Source: an uncultured Planctomycetaceae bacterium (GTDB lineage: Bacteria > Planctomycetota > Planctomycetia > Isosphaerales > Isosphaeraceae). Taken from it: a DNA stretch of 64,000 nucleotides. Under the pieces are notes generated by a model. It was not told where the DNA came from. It saw only the letters and a program-made list of their open reading frames with translations, and did not search any database. Location: assembly GCA_963833985.1 (NCBI GenBank), contig CAWIAD010000001.1, positions 1,664,001 through 1,728,000 of the forward strand, in the 5' to 3' direction. Numbering within the stretch: position 1 is the first letter of the stretch; each line of letters opens with the position of its first letter. Shown one piece after another: positions 33,925 to 45,200 of the stretch. Made by a program: the position numbers and the translations under genes.

Positions 33925-35377
33925 TCATGCCTCGGCTTTCATGTGGACCGGGTCCCAGCTCATCACCTTGCCGGTGCGGAGGCTGTCGTTGCAGAGCAGC
34001 GCCGGGGCGGCGGCGCGAAGGCCGAAGGTGGCGTTCTCGTAGACCGGTTTCTTCTCGCGCAGGGCCGTGAAGAAGTGGACGAAGTGGTCGTACCGCTCGT
34101 CGTAGCCGGGCGGAACGGTGAACTTCTCGGGCCAGCTCATGTGCGAGGCCGTGTTCCGTGGCGGGGGCGGCTCCAGCCGTAGCGTCTGCTCGAGTTGCTT
34201 CTGCATGGCGTTCGAGAACGTGGTGACGGAGTTATACCCCTTGAGCACGGCCTCGCGAGTGGGCTGGGTGATGCCGGTCCGCCGCAGCGTGAGCTCGGTG
34301 AAGTTGACGTGAATCACGCCTTCGCTGCCCACGAAGCGGAAGAGCGTGTCGCCGCCCCCGCCGTCCTCGAAATTGCACTGAAGAGCCAGCGTGAAGGCCG
34401 GATGGCGCTCGGTTTCGGGATAGTCCAGCAGCCCCATGATCAGGTCGTAGACGTCGCGGCCGTCCTTCCAGTAGCGCTGGCCGCCGGCGCCAAAGATCCT
34501 GGTCGGCCCCAGCGCCGGTGGCATGGTGGATGCCGGTGAGCAAATGCACGAACAGGTCGCCGGCCACCGCCGTGCCGTAGTCCTGGTAATTGCGCCAGCG
34601 GAAGAACCGCACGGCGTCGAACGGGCGTTTCGGGGCGGAGCCGAGGAAGCGGTCCCAGTCGACGGTCTGGGGCGAGGCGTCCGGCGGAATCGTGTACTGC
34701 CAGGCTCCGATCGCGGAGTTGCGGTTGTAGCGTGCCTCCACCGAGTTGATGGCCCCGATCGCGCCTGACCGGATCAGCTCGCGGGCTTTCTCGTAGATGA
34801 GCGAGCTGGCGAACTGGCTGCCGACCTGGAAGGTGGCGCGGGTCTGCTGCTCGGCGGCGATGATCTCCGCACCCTCGGCGATGAGCCGCACCATGGGCTT
34901 CTCGCAGTAGACGGCCTTGCCGGCCTGCATGGCGTCGATCGCGATACGCGCGTGCCAGTGATCGGGAACGCACACGAGCACAGCGTCCACATCGGGCCGC
35001 GCGAGGATCTCGCGATAGTCGACGTACGCGGTGACCTGGTCACCGAAGACCTCGCGCGCATGCACGCGCCGGCCCTCGTAGAGGTCGGCCACGGCGACAA
35101 GCTCCGTGCCCGGCACCTTGAGCGCCGTCTTCGTGTCGATGAAGCCGATGATGCCCATGCCAATGGTGGCAATCCGCACCCGGTCGTTGGGCCCGGGCGC
35201 CGCGGCCGCGGGGCCGGGGGCTGCACGCGACCAGCCCAGCTCGAAGCTGTTGCCCCCGCGGGCCGTGGTCGCGACGGCCGGCAAGCCGGAGGCCACGGCG
35301 GCTGATTTCAGAAACGCCCGCCGCGAACCACCTGGCTGCCGGGCGGGCTGATCGTGGGACTGATCCGGCGTCGACAT
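33925..35377 (-). CDS. Gfo/Idh/MocA oxidoreductase with Tat signal; frameshift near 34513
   Basis: SRRAFLK, PDHWH, YCEKP, RFFRWR, GDLFVH; C-terminal half in another frame (apparent loss of a GC dinucleotide). Confidence 0.88.
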
Positions 35378-35623
35378 GGCCTGCTCCCAGTTAGAGAATG
35401 GTGAACTCGAGCGATCCCGGCGTTGCCCGGTCACGGTCCAGGATACCTGACCGGCCCGGCTCCGGGGAGCAGCGACTCCGAAGACCCGCACCGGGAAGTT
35501 CGGGCCTCGACTGGCGCCTGACCGCATCCGCTCGATTGTAGAAGCTGCGGCCCGGTGTGCGTGCAAGTGATCTGAACGGGCGCCTTCCCCGGCCCCGGCC
35601 GTGAGGCTGACCATGATGCCGCG

Positions 35624-38422
35624 TCATCGGCCTGGCGGCTCCGGCAGCGGGTCGCCTTGCGAGTCGAGCAGGATGATGGAACTGGCGTAGCGAGAGCGGC
35701 GAAGCTGGGGCTCGATCCAGGCCCGATCGCCGACGATCAGGACCTTCGTTTTCAGGGGAGCGAGGTATCGCCCGGCCACCCGGAGGGCTCCGTCCTCGGT
35801 CACTGCGGCGAACGAGCGCAGGTCCCTGGCCCACTGACGGCCCGGCATGCCGTGAGCCACCAGTTCGGCAGCCTCCGTGGCGACGTCGCTGCTACACTCG
35901 AAGCGAAAGAACCAGTCGGGTACCATGTTTTCATTGATTGCTTGAATGGATTGGTCGGTGATCGGATCGGGGCCCGTCATACCGTCCATCACTTCGAAGA
36001 TGATATCCAGCGCGGCCGTGGTATCGAGCTTGTGAACCGGGCTCCTGAGGATCCATGGGGCGTTGTCGTTACGCCGCAGCAGGAAGGCATCGAGATCGTA
36101 CGAAGTGCCCTTCTTGTCGCGAAGCTGGGTGGCAAGCCGGCCCTCCAGCTCCTTGAGCAGGATCTCCAGGCCGTAACGCGCACTTCCCGTCACGGCCGGA
36201 CCAAGCCGCCCGACGGCCACGACAGACTGTTCCGCGCCCGGCGAGTCGATCAGGTAGATCGCCCGGCCGACGGTCGCGGGAGGAACCAGGAGAGGCACCG
36301 GCGCCTTGGGAATCGGGCCCTGCGCCGACTTGCCGAATCGCGTCTCGAGCGCCTTCACAATTGCGTCCGCCGACACATCGCCCACGACCACCAGGGCCGC
36401 GTTGCCGGGTACAAGATGCTGGCGGTAAAACGAGATGACATCCTGGCGGGTCACCGATCGGACCGAGTCCGGTGTTCCGAGATACGGCCGAGCATAGGGA
36501 TGTTCGGAATGATAGAGCAAACGAGAGAAGACATCCTGAGAAACATCCTTGGGATCGAGGCTCCGCGTTTCCTGCAAGGCGCGCGAATCCTGCTTGAGCC
36601 GTTGCAATTCCTTGTCGGGGAACGACGGGTTGAGGATCACGTCCGCGTACACGTCGAGTGCCTCCTCGAGGCGCCTGGTCGCGGTGGTCAGAGTGACGCT
36701 GCTCGACTCCAGCAGTCCTTGCCAGCTCAAGGTCGAGCCTGTCTTGAGCAGGTCAGTGTCGAGTTGCAGGGGGCTCCGCGACGTTGTGCCGCGTGTGAGC
36801 AGGCCCATGGCGAATGAATCGAGGCCTTCCTTGCCCCGGGGCGTGGAGGTCTCGCCGGACCTGACCACCAGCTTCAAGACCACCTGAGGCAGATCGTGCC
36901 GCTCGATGATGCGCACTTCCAGCCCGTTGCTGAGCCGGCGCGTCTGCGTCACGGGCGGAACGAAGGGAGGCGTTGGCGGGCAGTCGGGCGGGATCGAGCG
37001 GTCGAAGGGCTCGTGGCGTGGGACTGGCCGGGGAGCAGCCGGATGATCGGGCTGGCGGGGATCCCGGTCGTCGTCGTACGGGGTCATCGTGCGCTCGCCC
37101 GGCAAGACGTCCAGCTCGATCCGCGCGTTGTTGAGATACTGCCGCGCGACCCGCACGACATCGGCCGGTGTGACCGCGAAGACCTTCCGCAGCACCGAGC
37201 GGTAGGCGAGAGGATCTCCGCACGCGGCGACGTAGTCGTTGAGATCACGGGCTCTCGCGGTGAGCGGCTCCAGGTGCTGCATCAGAAAATTGCGCCGCTC
37301 GAGCCTGGCTATGCGGACTTCGTCCTCGGTGGGGCCCTCCTTCTTGAGCCGCTCGATCTCCGCATCCACGACCCGCACCAGCTCGTCGAGCTTCCCGCCA
37401 CCTCCCGCGGTCGCGGTGATGTCGATCTCGAACCTCCCGGCCAGCATCCGGGTGGGATGCGATGCGCTGACTTCCGTGGCGATCTGCCGGTCGTCCATCA
37501 GCGCGCGGAAGAGGCGGCTTCCGTGCGACCATCCGCCCAGCACTGAGCTCAGCACGTCGATGGCCGGCTCGTCGGGATGGTAAGCGGGCACGGTTTGCCA
37601 GACCAGGTACACGCGCGGCAGGTAGATCCGGTCCCTGAGAGTGATGCGGCAAGGCTGAATGGGAGCAGAAATGTGCGAGGTTGGCTTCGCGGGCGCATCG
37701 GCCGGGCTCAACCCGCCGAAGTATTTCTGGATCCAGCGCCTGGTGAGAGCGGGCCGGAAGTTGCCGGCAATGCACAGAAATGCGTGATTCGGCGCATAAA
37801 ACCTTCGATAGAACGCGGAGATGTCTTCAAGCCGGGCCGCTGACAGGTCCTCGGCCGATCCGATGGCCATATGGTGGTAGGGATGTCCTGCTGGATAGAG
37901 CGCCCGGTTGAGCGTCTCCTCGACCATGCTGAGAGACGGATCAACCCAGTTTTGCCGGCGCTCCATCATCACCACGCTGCGCACGTTGGCGAGCTTATCC
38001 TCCGTGACGGCCGGCAGAAGGAACCCCATCCGATCGGCCTCGAGCCAGAGGACCCTCTCCAGGGCGTTGCTCGTGACGGTCGTGCGGTAGATGGTGTGAT
38101 CGTTCTCGGTTGTCGCCCGGCCCCAGGCAAGATAGGGATAAATTGGCCATTCATAGGGCTGGTCACTGTGCTGACTCCCCTTGTACATCAGGTGCTCAAA
38201 CAGGTGAGCGAACCCGGTTCGTCCGGGAGGGTCGTCTTTCGAGCCGACGTTGTAGGTGACGTTCACGGCCACCAGTGGCGTCTTGTGGTCCTCTTGCAGC
38301 ACGACCGTGAGGCCGTTCCGGAGCCGGTATTTCTCCACCTTGAACTCGGGAACCCACGGGTCTTCCGCCAGCGCCGCTGTCGCCCCGAAGGCACGGAGGG
38401 CAAGCACCAGCGCAATCAACAT
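35624..38422 (-). CDS. M16 family zinc peptidase (four-domain)
   Basis: LRNGL, GFAHLFEH inverted zinc motif, LEADRM, second LSNGL; start uncertain (ORF open to 38578). Confidence 0.9.
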   Translation of the reverse strand: MLIALVLALRAFGATAALAEDPWVPEFKVEKYRLRNGLTVVLQEDHKTPLVAVNVTYNVGSKDDPPGRTGFAHLFEHLMYKGSQHSDQPYEWPIYPYLAWGRATTENDHTIYRTTVTSNALERVLWLEADRMGFLLPAVTEDKLANVRSVVMMERRQNWVDPSLSMVEETLNRALYPAGHPYHHMAIGSAEDLSAARLEDISAFYRRFYAPNHAFLCIAGNFRPALTRRWIQKYFGGLSPADAPAKPTSHISAPIQPCRITLRDRIYLPRVYLVWQTVPAYHPDEPAIDVLSSVLGGWSHGSRLFRALMDDRQIATEVSASHPTRMLAGRFEIDITATAGGGGKLDELVRVVDAEIERLKKEGPTEDEVRIARLERRNFLMQHLEPLTARARDLNDYVAACGDPLAYRSVLRKVFAVTPADVVRVARQYLNNARIELDVLPGERTMTPYDDDRDPRQPDHPAAPRPVPRHEPFDRSIPPDCPPTPPFVPPVTQTRRLSNGLEVRIIERHDLPQVVLKLVVRSGETSTPRGKEGLDSFAMGLLTRGTTSRSPLQLDTDLLKTGSTLSWQGLLESSSVTLTTATRRLEEALDVYADVILNPSFPDKELQRLKQDSRALQETRSLDPKDVSQDVFSRLLYHSEHPYARPYLGTPDSVRSVTRQDVISFYRQHLVPGNAALVVVGDVSADAIVKALETRFGKSAQGPIPKAPVPLLVPPATVGRAIYLIDSPGAEQSVVAVGRLGPAVTGSARYGLEILLKELEGRLATQLRDKKGTSYDLDAFLLRRNDNAPWILRSPVHKLDTTAALDIIFEVMDGMTGPDPITDQSIQAINENMVPDWFFRFECSSDVATEAAELVAHGMPGRQWARDLRSFAAVTEDGALRVAGRYLAPLKTKVLIVGDRAWIEPQLRRSRYASSIILLDSQGDPLPEPPGR

Positions 38423-39241
38423 CAGCGACGTCCGATACGGCCCGAGCCGACGAAGTGGTGCCGGTATCAAGGCTGCCCCCCTCGATTCCTGACTGCGACG
38501 CGTTCGACACATGAGGCGTCGATGGAATGGAATGATGCCAGCCAGAAGACGCGCGTGCAAGCATCGATTAGAGGACAAGGCTCAAATCGAAAGCCCCGGC
38601 TCTGGAGGGAAGGCCACGCCGGTGCTGAAGGGCATGCGGTGGCTCTCGGCGGTTCACGAATGAAGGGTGACGGCGACGCCTCCTGAAATGCCGGTCGCTG
38701 TCGCGTCGGCTTGCTCCGTGGCCCTGGAAGGCCTGGTCCCTGCTGAGAGTTGCTCGCAGTTGCCTTGGGCATCGGGGGGTTCTATGGTTACCTTGTAAGG
38801 TCACATGCGGCCGGCGTGCGAAGGTGCACCACAGGCCATCGTACACCGACGACGATTCGCCGTATGGAACGACTCATCCCGGTGCGGGTCGAGCCCGGCC
38901 AGTCCCACCCTTGACGCTGCAAGAACGTCGGGCGGGCGGCCCGGCACCACGCACACCTGCCCAGAGCGATCGTGCGCGCCAGGGACCCGGTGCCAGGGAT
39001 GGGGTTTATCCAGGGCGATGGAACTCGGCTGTCTGCGCGGCACCGAGGGCGGTGGGAGCGGCCTTCCCGCAGGCGATCACACACGACTGAAAGTCGTACC
39101 GGCTGGTTTCCGGCTCGAAGGCGCTGCCGGGCCATCCGATCGCTCCGCGGCTGGAGGCGGATCGAGGATATGCGGCGTTTCCCCGCCACTTGAAGGTGGT
39201 GCGCCGGTTTCTTCATTTTGGATGAGCTCGAGGCGAGACCC

Positions 39242-42200
39242 ATGTTCCACAGGCAACCTATCGCTCAGCGCACTGGTACGGAACTGATTCGACGACGCCG
39301 GTCCGGACGTCAAGCCCGGCATCGGAACACACTGCACCCGTACCTCGAAGCGCTGGAGCCCAAGATTGCTCCGGCAACGTTCACGTGGACCGGGCTGGGT
39401 GCCACCAGCAACTGGAGCGTGAGTCAGAACTGGACCCGCGTCGGCACGCCAACCAACCCGGTGCCTACCAATTCCAGCGATGTCATCATCTTCCCGGCCG
39501 GGGCTGCGCAAGACGAACGTGAACGATTTGTCTTCCGAGGGTTTGACATTTTCGAGTATCGCCATCCAGGACTCAGGCTACACGATCTCGGGGAACGCGC
39601 TGACCTTGACGAATGGCCTGACTTACAGCGGCAGCGGATCGTCCAGCTATCTTGTCAGTACGACGTACACGGGATCGAGCGCCATCACCGTCAGCAACGG
39701 GCAGCTCTTGCACAGCGGCAGGGTCCGCCTGGGCGTGGACGCCACCATCACGGTCAGCGCCGGATCCCAGATCACCCTGTCGGGCGGCTTGACACAGAGC
39801 AATACGCGGAACCTGCAAATCGCCGGTGCGGGGCTGTTGATCCTCAATTCCACCGCCAGCATCAGCGGTACGACCACCGTCAGCGGGGGTGTGTACCAGG
39901 TGGACGGCAGCTCCACGTCCAGTTCAGTCATTCTCCAGGCCGGCGCGACCCTGTGCGGCACGGGGAGTGTCGGGAACGTCAGCTCGAGCGGAGGCACAAT
40001 CACGGCCGGCGACCAGCCGGGCGGCATCGGCACGCTGCTCGTGCATAGCCTCGCGCTCGATTCCTCATCGACGCTGAGCGCGCAGATCGTCTCGGCGTCG
40101 TCGTACGACCAGGTGCAGTGCGCCGGTGCCGTCTCGCTGGGCGGCGCGACGCTCAACCTCTCCGGCGGCTACAGCACAAGCACGGCTGACCACCTCGAGC
40201 TCATCAAGAATTCCGCGGGCTCGTCCGTGTCCAACACGTTCGGCGGTCTCCCGCAGGACGCCGCGGTCAGCGTGGGGGCCGGATCGTTCCACATCTCCTA
40301 CCAGTACAACGATGGCAGCACCGCCAACAACGTCGTCCTGAGCGGGGTCGCGGCGACGACGACGACGCTGAACGTTCCCGCGAGCAACCCGACCTACGGG
40401 CAGGTGATCAGCTTCACGACAAATGTCATGGCGGCCGGCTCCGTGCCGACGCCCGGTTCTTCAATCCAGCTCTACATCGACTCGGCCCTGGTGCAGACCA
40501 CGACCATCGACGCGTCTGGCAACGCCACGTTCGTCGTCTCGCGGCTGAGCGCCGGCAGCCATACGGTTTATGCCAGCTATCTCGGCAACAGTTCTTACGC
40601 GCCCAGCCAGTCGGACACGAAGTCCGTGACGGTCAACCAGGCCGGACTCACGGTGACCGGAGTGATCGCAACCAGCCGGCCATACAACGCAACCACCACG
40701 GCCTCGCTGGGAACCGCGTCCGCCGCCCTGAGCGGCGTCGTGGGCAGCGATCAGGTCACGCTCGTCACGGCCAGCGCAGCAGGCAGCTTCGATACCAAGA
40801 ACGTCGGCACGGGAAAGACCGTGCACGTTTCCGGGCTCTCGATCAGCGGGGCGGACGCCGCCAACTACGTGCTCACGCAACCCACGGTGACCGCCAACAT
40901 CACGCAGGCGACCCTCACTGTCACAGGCGTGACCGCCTCGAACAAGACCTACGACGGTACCGTGAACGCCACGATCCACACGGACAGTGCGGCCCTCGCG
41001 GGCAAGTTCACTGGAGACACGGTGGTCCTGAACACCAGCGGCGCGATCGGCACGTTTGCCAGCAAGGGGGTCGGCACCTCCACGACCGTGTCGATCGCGG
41101 GCCTGAGCATCTCCGGCCTTGATGCGAGCAACTACGTCCTCACGCAGCCCACGACGACCGCGAACATCCTCGCGAAGACACTGACAGGCTCGATCCTGGC
41201 CGCCGACAAGGTCTACGACGAAACAACGGCAGCGACGATCTCCAGCCGCACGCTCTCGGGCGTTGTCGCGGGCGACGATGTGTCCTACGTCGGTGGCACG
41301 GCGGCGTTCGCCACCGAACACATCGGAACCGGGATCCAGGTGACGGCCAGTGGACTCAGCCTCAGCGGAAGCGACGCAGGGAATTACACGGTCAACTCGA
41401 TTGCAGAGACGACCGCCAGCATTGTCGCCGCCCCCCTGACCATCACGCCCTGGAACCAGGAGAAGACTTACGGAAACCTGTTCACATTCACGGGAACCGA
41501 GTTCGACGTGACCGGATTGATCGGCGAGGACACGGTCACGAGCGTCACGCTTACTTCCGAGGCAACTCCCGCGAATGCTCATGTTTCCGCCTCTCCCTAT
41601 GCCATCCTCGCCAGCGACCCCGTCGGCTCCGGCCTCGAAGACTACCGGATCACGCTGGTTCAGGGGCAGTTCACGATCGATCCCAGGGTCCTGACCGTCA
41701 CGGCCGCCGGGCAGGACAAGGTCTACGACACCACCACCGCGGCGACGGTCACGCTCTCCAGCAACCACCTGGACGGAGACAGCGTCACCGTCGCCGACAC
41801 CTCCTCCACCTTCGCTGACAAGAATGCCGGTACCGGCAAGCTCATCACGGTAACTGGCATCACGATCGGCGGCGCCGACGCGGGGAACTACGAGCTGCTC
41901 TCGACGTCCACCACAGCGACGGCGAGCATCACGGCGGCGGGGCTCACCGTCACGGCCACCGGCATCGATCGTACCTACGACGGCACGACGGCGGCCGCGG
42001 TCACCCTGGCGGATAACCACCTTGGAGCGGATGTGGTGAATCTCCACGACACGTCCGCCAGTTTCTCCAGCAAGAATGTCGGCATCGTCAAGCCGATCAT
42101 CGTGAGCGGCATCAGCATCGACGGCCCCGACGCAGGCAATTACGTGCTGCGCGACACCTCGACAACCGCGACGGCCACGGTCTCGGCCAGGGAGCTCACG

Positions 42201-45200
42201 GGCAGCATCACCGCGCAGAACAAGCCGTACGATGAGACCGATGCCGCAACCATCGCCACGCGCACGCTGCAAGGCGCCGTCCCCGGCGACGACGTGAGTT
42301 ACGTCGGCGGCACGGCCACGTTCGATTCCATTCACGTCGGCACCGGCATTCCCGTGACCGCGACGGGACTGAGCCTTACCGGAGCCGACGCGGGGAACTA
42401 CTCGGTCAACACCACCGCGGCAACCACGGCGGACATCACCCTGCGCCCCTTGACGATCACGCCCAATCCGGTCGTCAAGGTCTACGGCAATACCGTGACC
42501 TTCGCCGGCACCGAGTTCTCGGTGGAGGGACTGCTCTCCGACGACACCGTCACGAGCGTGACGCTCACGAGCAATGGAGCGGGCCCCGCAGCGACGGTCC
42601 TGGGCTCGCCGTACGCAATCAACGCCATCGATGCCCAGGGCACCGGACTGGAGGACTATGACATCCAGTACGTTGACGGGTCCCTCACCGTCAGCCCGAT
42701 CTCGCTCACCGTGACGTCCGTCACCGCCCAGGACAGGGAGTACGACGGCACCACGACCGCGACGATCAACGCCGGCGCGGCAAACCTCGTGGGCGTACTC
42801 GAGGGCGACAACGTCACGCTCGTGACGAGCGAGGTCGCAGGCCAGTTCGCTGACAAGAACGTCGGCGTGGACAAGCCCGTGTCCGTCTCCGGGCTGGCAC
42901 TCGCCGGCGATAGTGCGAGCAACTACGTGCTCGTGCAGCCCGGGGCGACGGCGAGCATCACGGCGAAGGCGCTGACCGGCAGTATCACGGTTCTGCCCAA
43001 GACCTGGGACGGGACCACGGACGCCACCATCGCCACCCGGACTCTGAGCGGCGTCTGTGCGGGCGATACCGTGTCCTACGTCGGCGGAGTGGCGAGTTTC
43101 GAGTCGCCCAACGTGGGGACCAACATACCCGTGACGGCCACCGGCCTCAGCCTCGATGGTCCCGACGCGACGAATTACACGGTCAACAGCACGGCCACGA
43201 CGACCGGGACCATCAGCTCACAGTATGTCCTGGTGCTCACGGCGCTTGCTCAGACCAAGACGTACGGGCAGACCTTCGTTTTCGACGATACGATGTTCTC
43301 CGCGCAGGGCCTCCTGGAAGGCGACTCGGTCACCGTGACACTCGGCAGCGACGGTGCAGTGTCGACCGCCAATGTCGGCTCCTCGCCGTACACGATCACG
43401 ATCTCGGACGCCGTGGTCACTGGCCCGCACTCGGGCGCGTACGACTTCGACTATGTGAGCGGAGCGCTGGGCGTGACTCCTCAATCGGTCGAGGTGACCG
43501 ACGTCTCGGCGGCGAACAAGGTCTACGACGGCACCATGAGCGCGACGCTCGACACGGAATCTGCACAACTGGTCGGAGTGATCAATGACGATCAGGTCAC
43601 CCTGGACACCACGGGGGCAGTCGGCCAATTCGCGGACGCGAACGCGGGCCCGGACAAGGTCGTGACCGTTTCAGGCCTGACGCTTGGCGGCCCGGATGCC
43701 GTCAATTACGCGCCTGCGCAGCCGACCACGACTGCACAGATCAGCACCAAGGAACTCACGATCGACGGCGCTACCGCTCAGGACAAGGTGTACGACCGCA
43801 GCACGCAGGCCACGATTGACACCGGGTCCGCGGTTCTTGTGGGGGTGGTCCCCGACGATGACGTGTCGCTGATCAGTGCGGAGGTGACCGGCGCTTTCGC
43901 CGACTGGAACGTCGGGACGGCCAAGCCGGTGACCATCACCGGGTTCCAGATCAGCGGCGCGGAGCAGTCGAACTATACACTGGCGGAGCCGAGCTCGAGC
44001 GCGAACATCACGGCCAGGGAGTTGCTCGCCACCGCGCAGGGCCAGAGCAAGCCGTATGATGGTACGACCTCCGCGACCGTCACACTCCAGATCACACCCC
44101 TCGCGGGCGACATCGTCGAAGCGAACTACGCGCTCGCGGCGTTCACCAATGGGAACGCCGGTACGGGCAAGGCCGTCTATGTCTCGGGCATCACGCTCGA
44201 CGGACCGGACGCTTCCAACTATGCCCTGCTGAATTCAACTGGCGCGACGACGGCGGACATCACGACCCGGGAACTGACCGGAGGCGTCACTGTCATGGAG
44301 AAGGTCTATGACGAAACGGACACCGCGACGATCGCGACGCGGACGCTCGCCGGCGTCGTTCCGGGGGATGATGTCTCCCTCGTCGGCGGCACGGCCACAT
44401 TCACTTCTATTCACGTCGGCACGGGCATTCCCGTCTCCGTCACCGGGCTCAGCCTTGCCGGCAGCGAGGCCCTGAACTACACGGTTCTCGACACGGCCTC
44501 CACGACCGCCGACATCAACCCGGCCGCACTGACCATCACTCCATCAAGCCAGACCAAGACCTACGGGAACGCTTTCTCGTTCACCGGCACCGAGTTCACC
44601 GTGCAGGGACTTTTCCCCGACGACACCGTCACGAGCGTGGCGCTGGCCTCGAGCGCCACCCCGGCCAGTGCTCCAGCAAGCGTCACGCCCTATGCGATCA
44701 TCGCCAGCGCGGCGCAGGGAAGCGGGCTCGACGACTACACCATTTCCTACGTCGATGGCCAGTTCACGGTCACGGCCCGGCCCTTGACCGTGGTGGCCGC
44801 GGCTCAGAACAAGGAATACGACGGGACAGCCGCGGCCACAGTCAATCTCACGGGCGATCCGCTTTCGGGAGACCTGGTGACCATCAACTACGATACGGCC
44901 ACCTTTGACGACAAGACCGCCAGCAGCGACAAGACTGTCACGGTCACGGGTATCACGATCTCCGGTCCGGATGCGGGGAACTATGAAGTTGTGGATCCCA
45001 CCGCCACGACGACCGCCAGCATCACCCCCAGAACAGTGACAGCCACCGCTACGGGGATCGACCGTGATTACAATGGCACCACATCCGCCACCGTCAATCT
45101 GTCCGCAAACACCCTCGGCGACGACCAGGTCACGGTCACCTACGTGGCAGCGAGCTTTGCTGACAAGAACGTGGGCACCGACAAGGCAGTCGTGGTGACG

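Noticed and set aside
38690..38900. Cobalamin or glycine riboswitch
   Set aside because: Only short partial motif matches; the conserved cores could not be built
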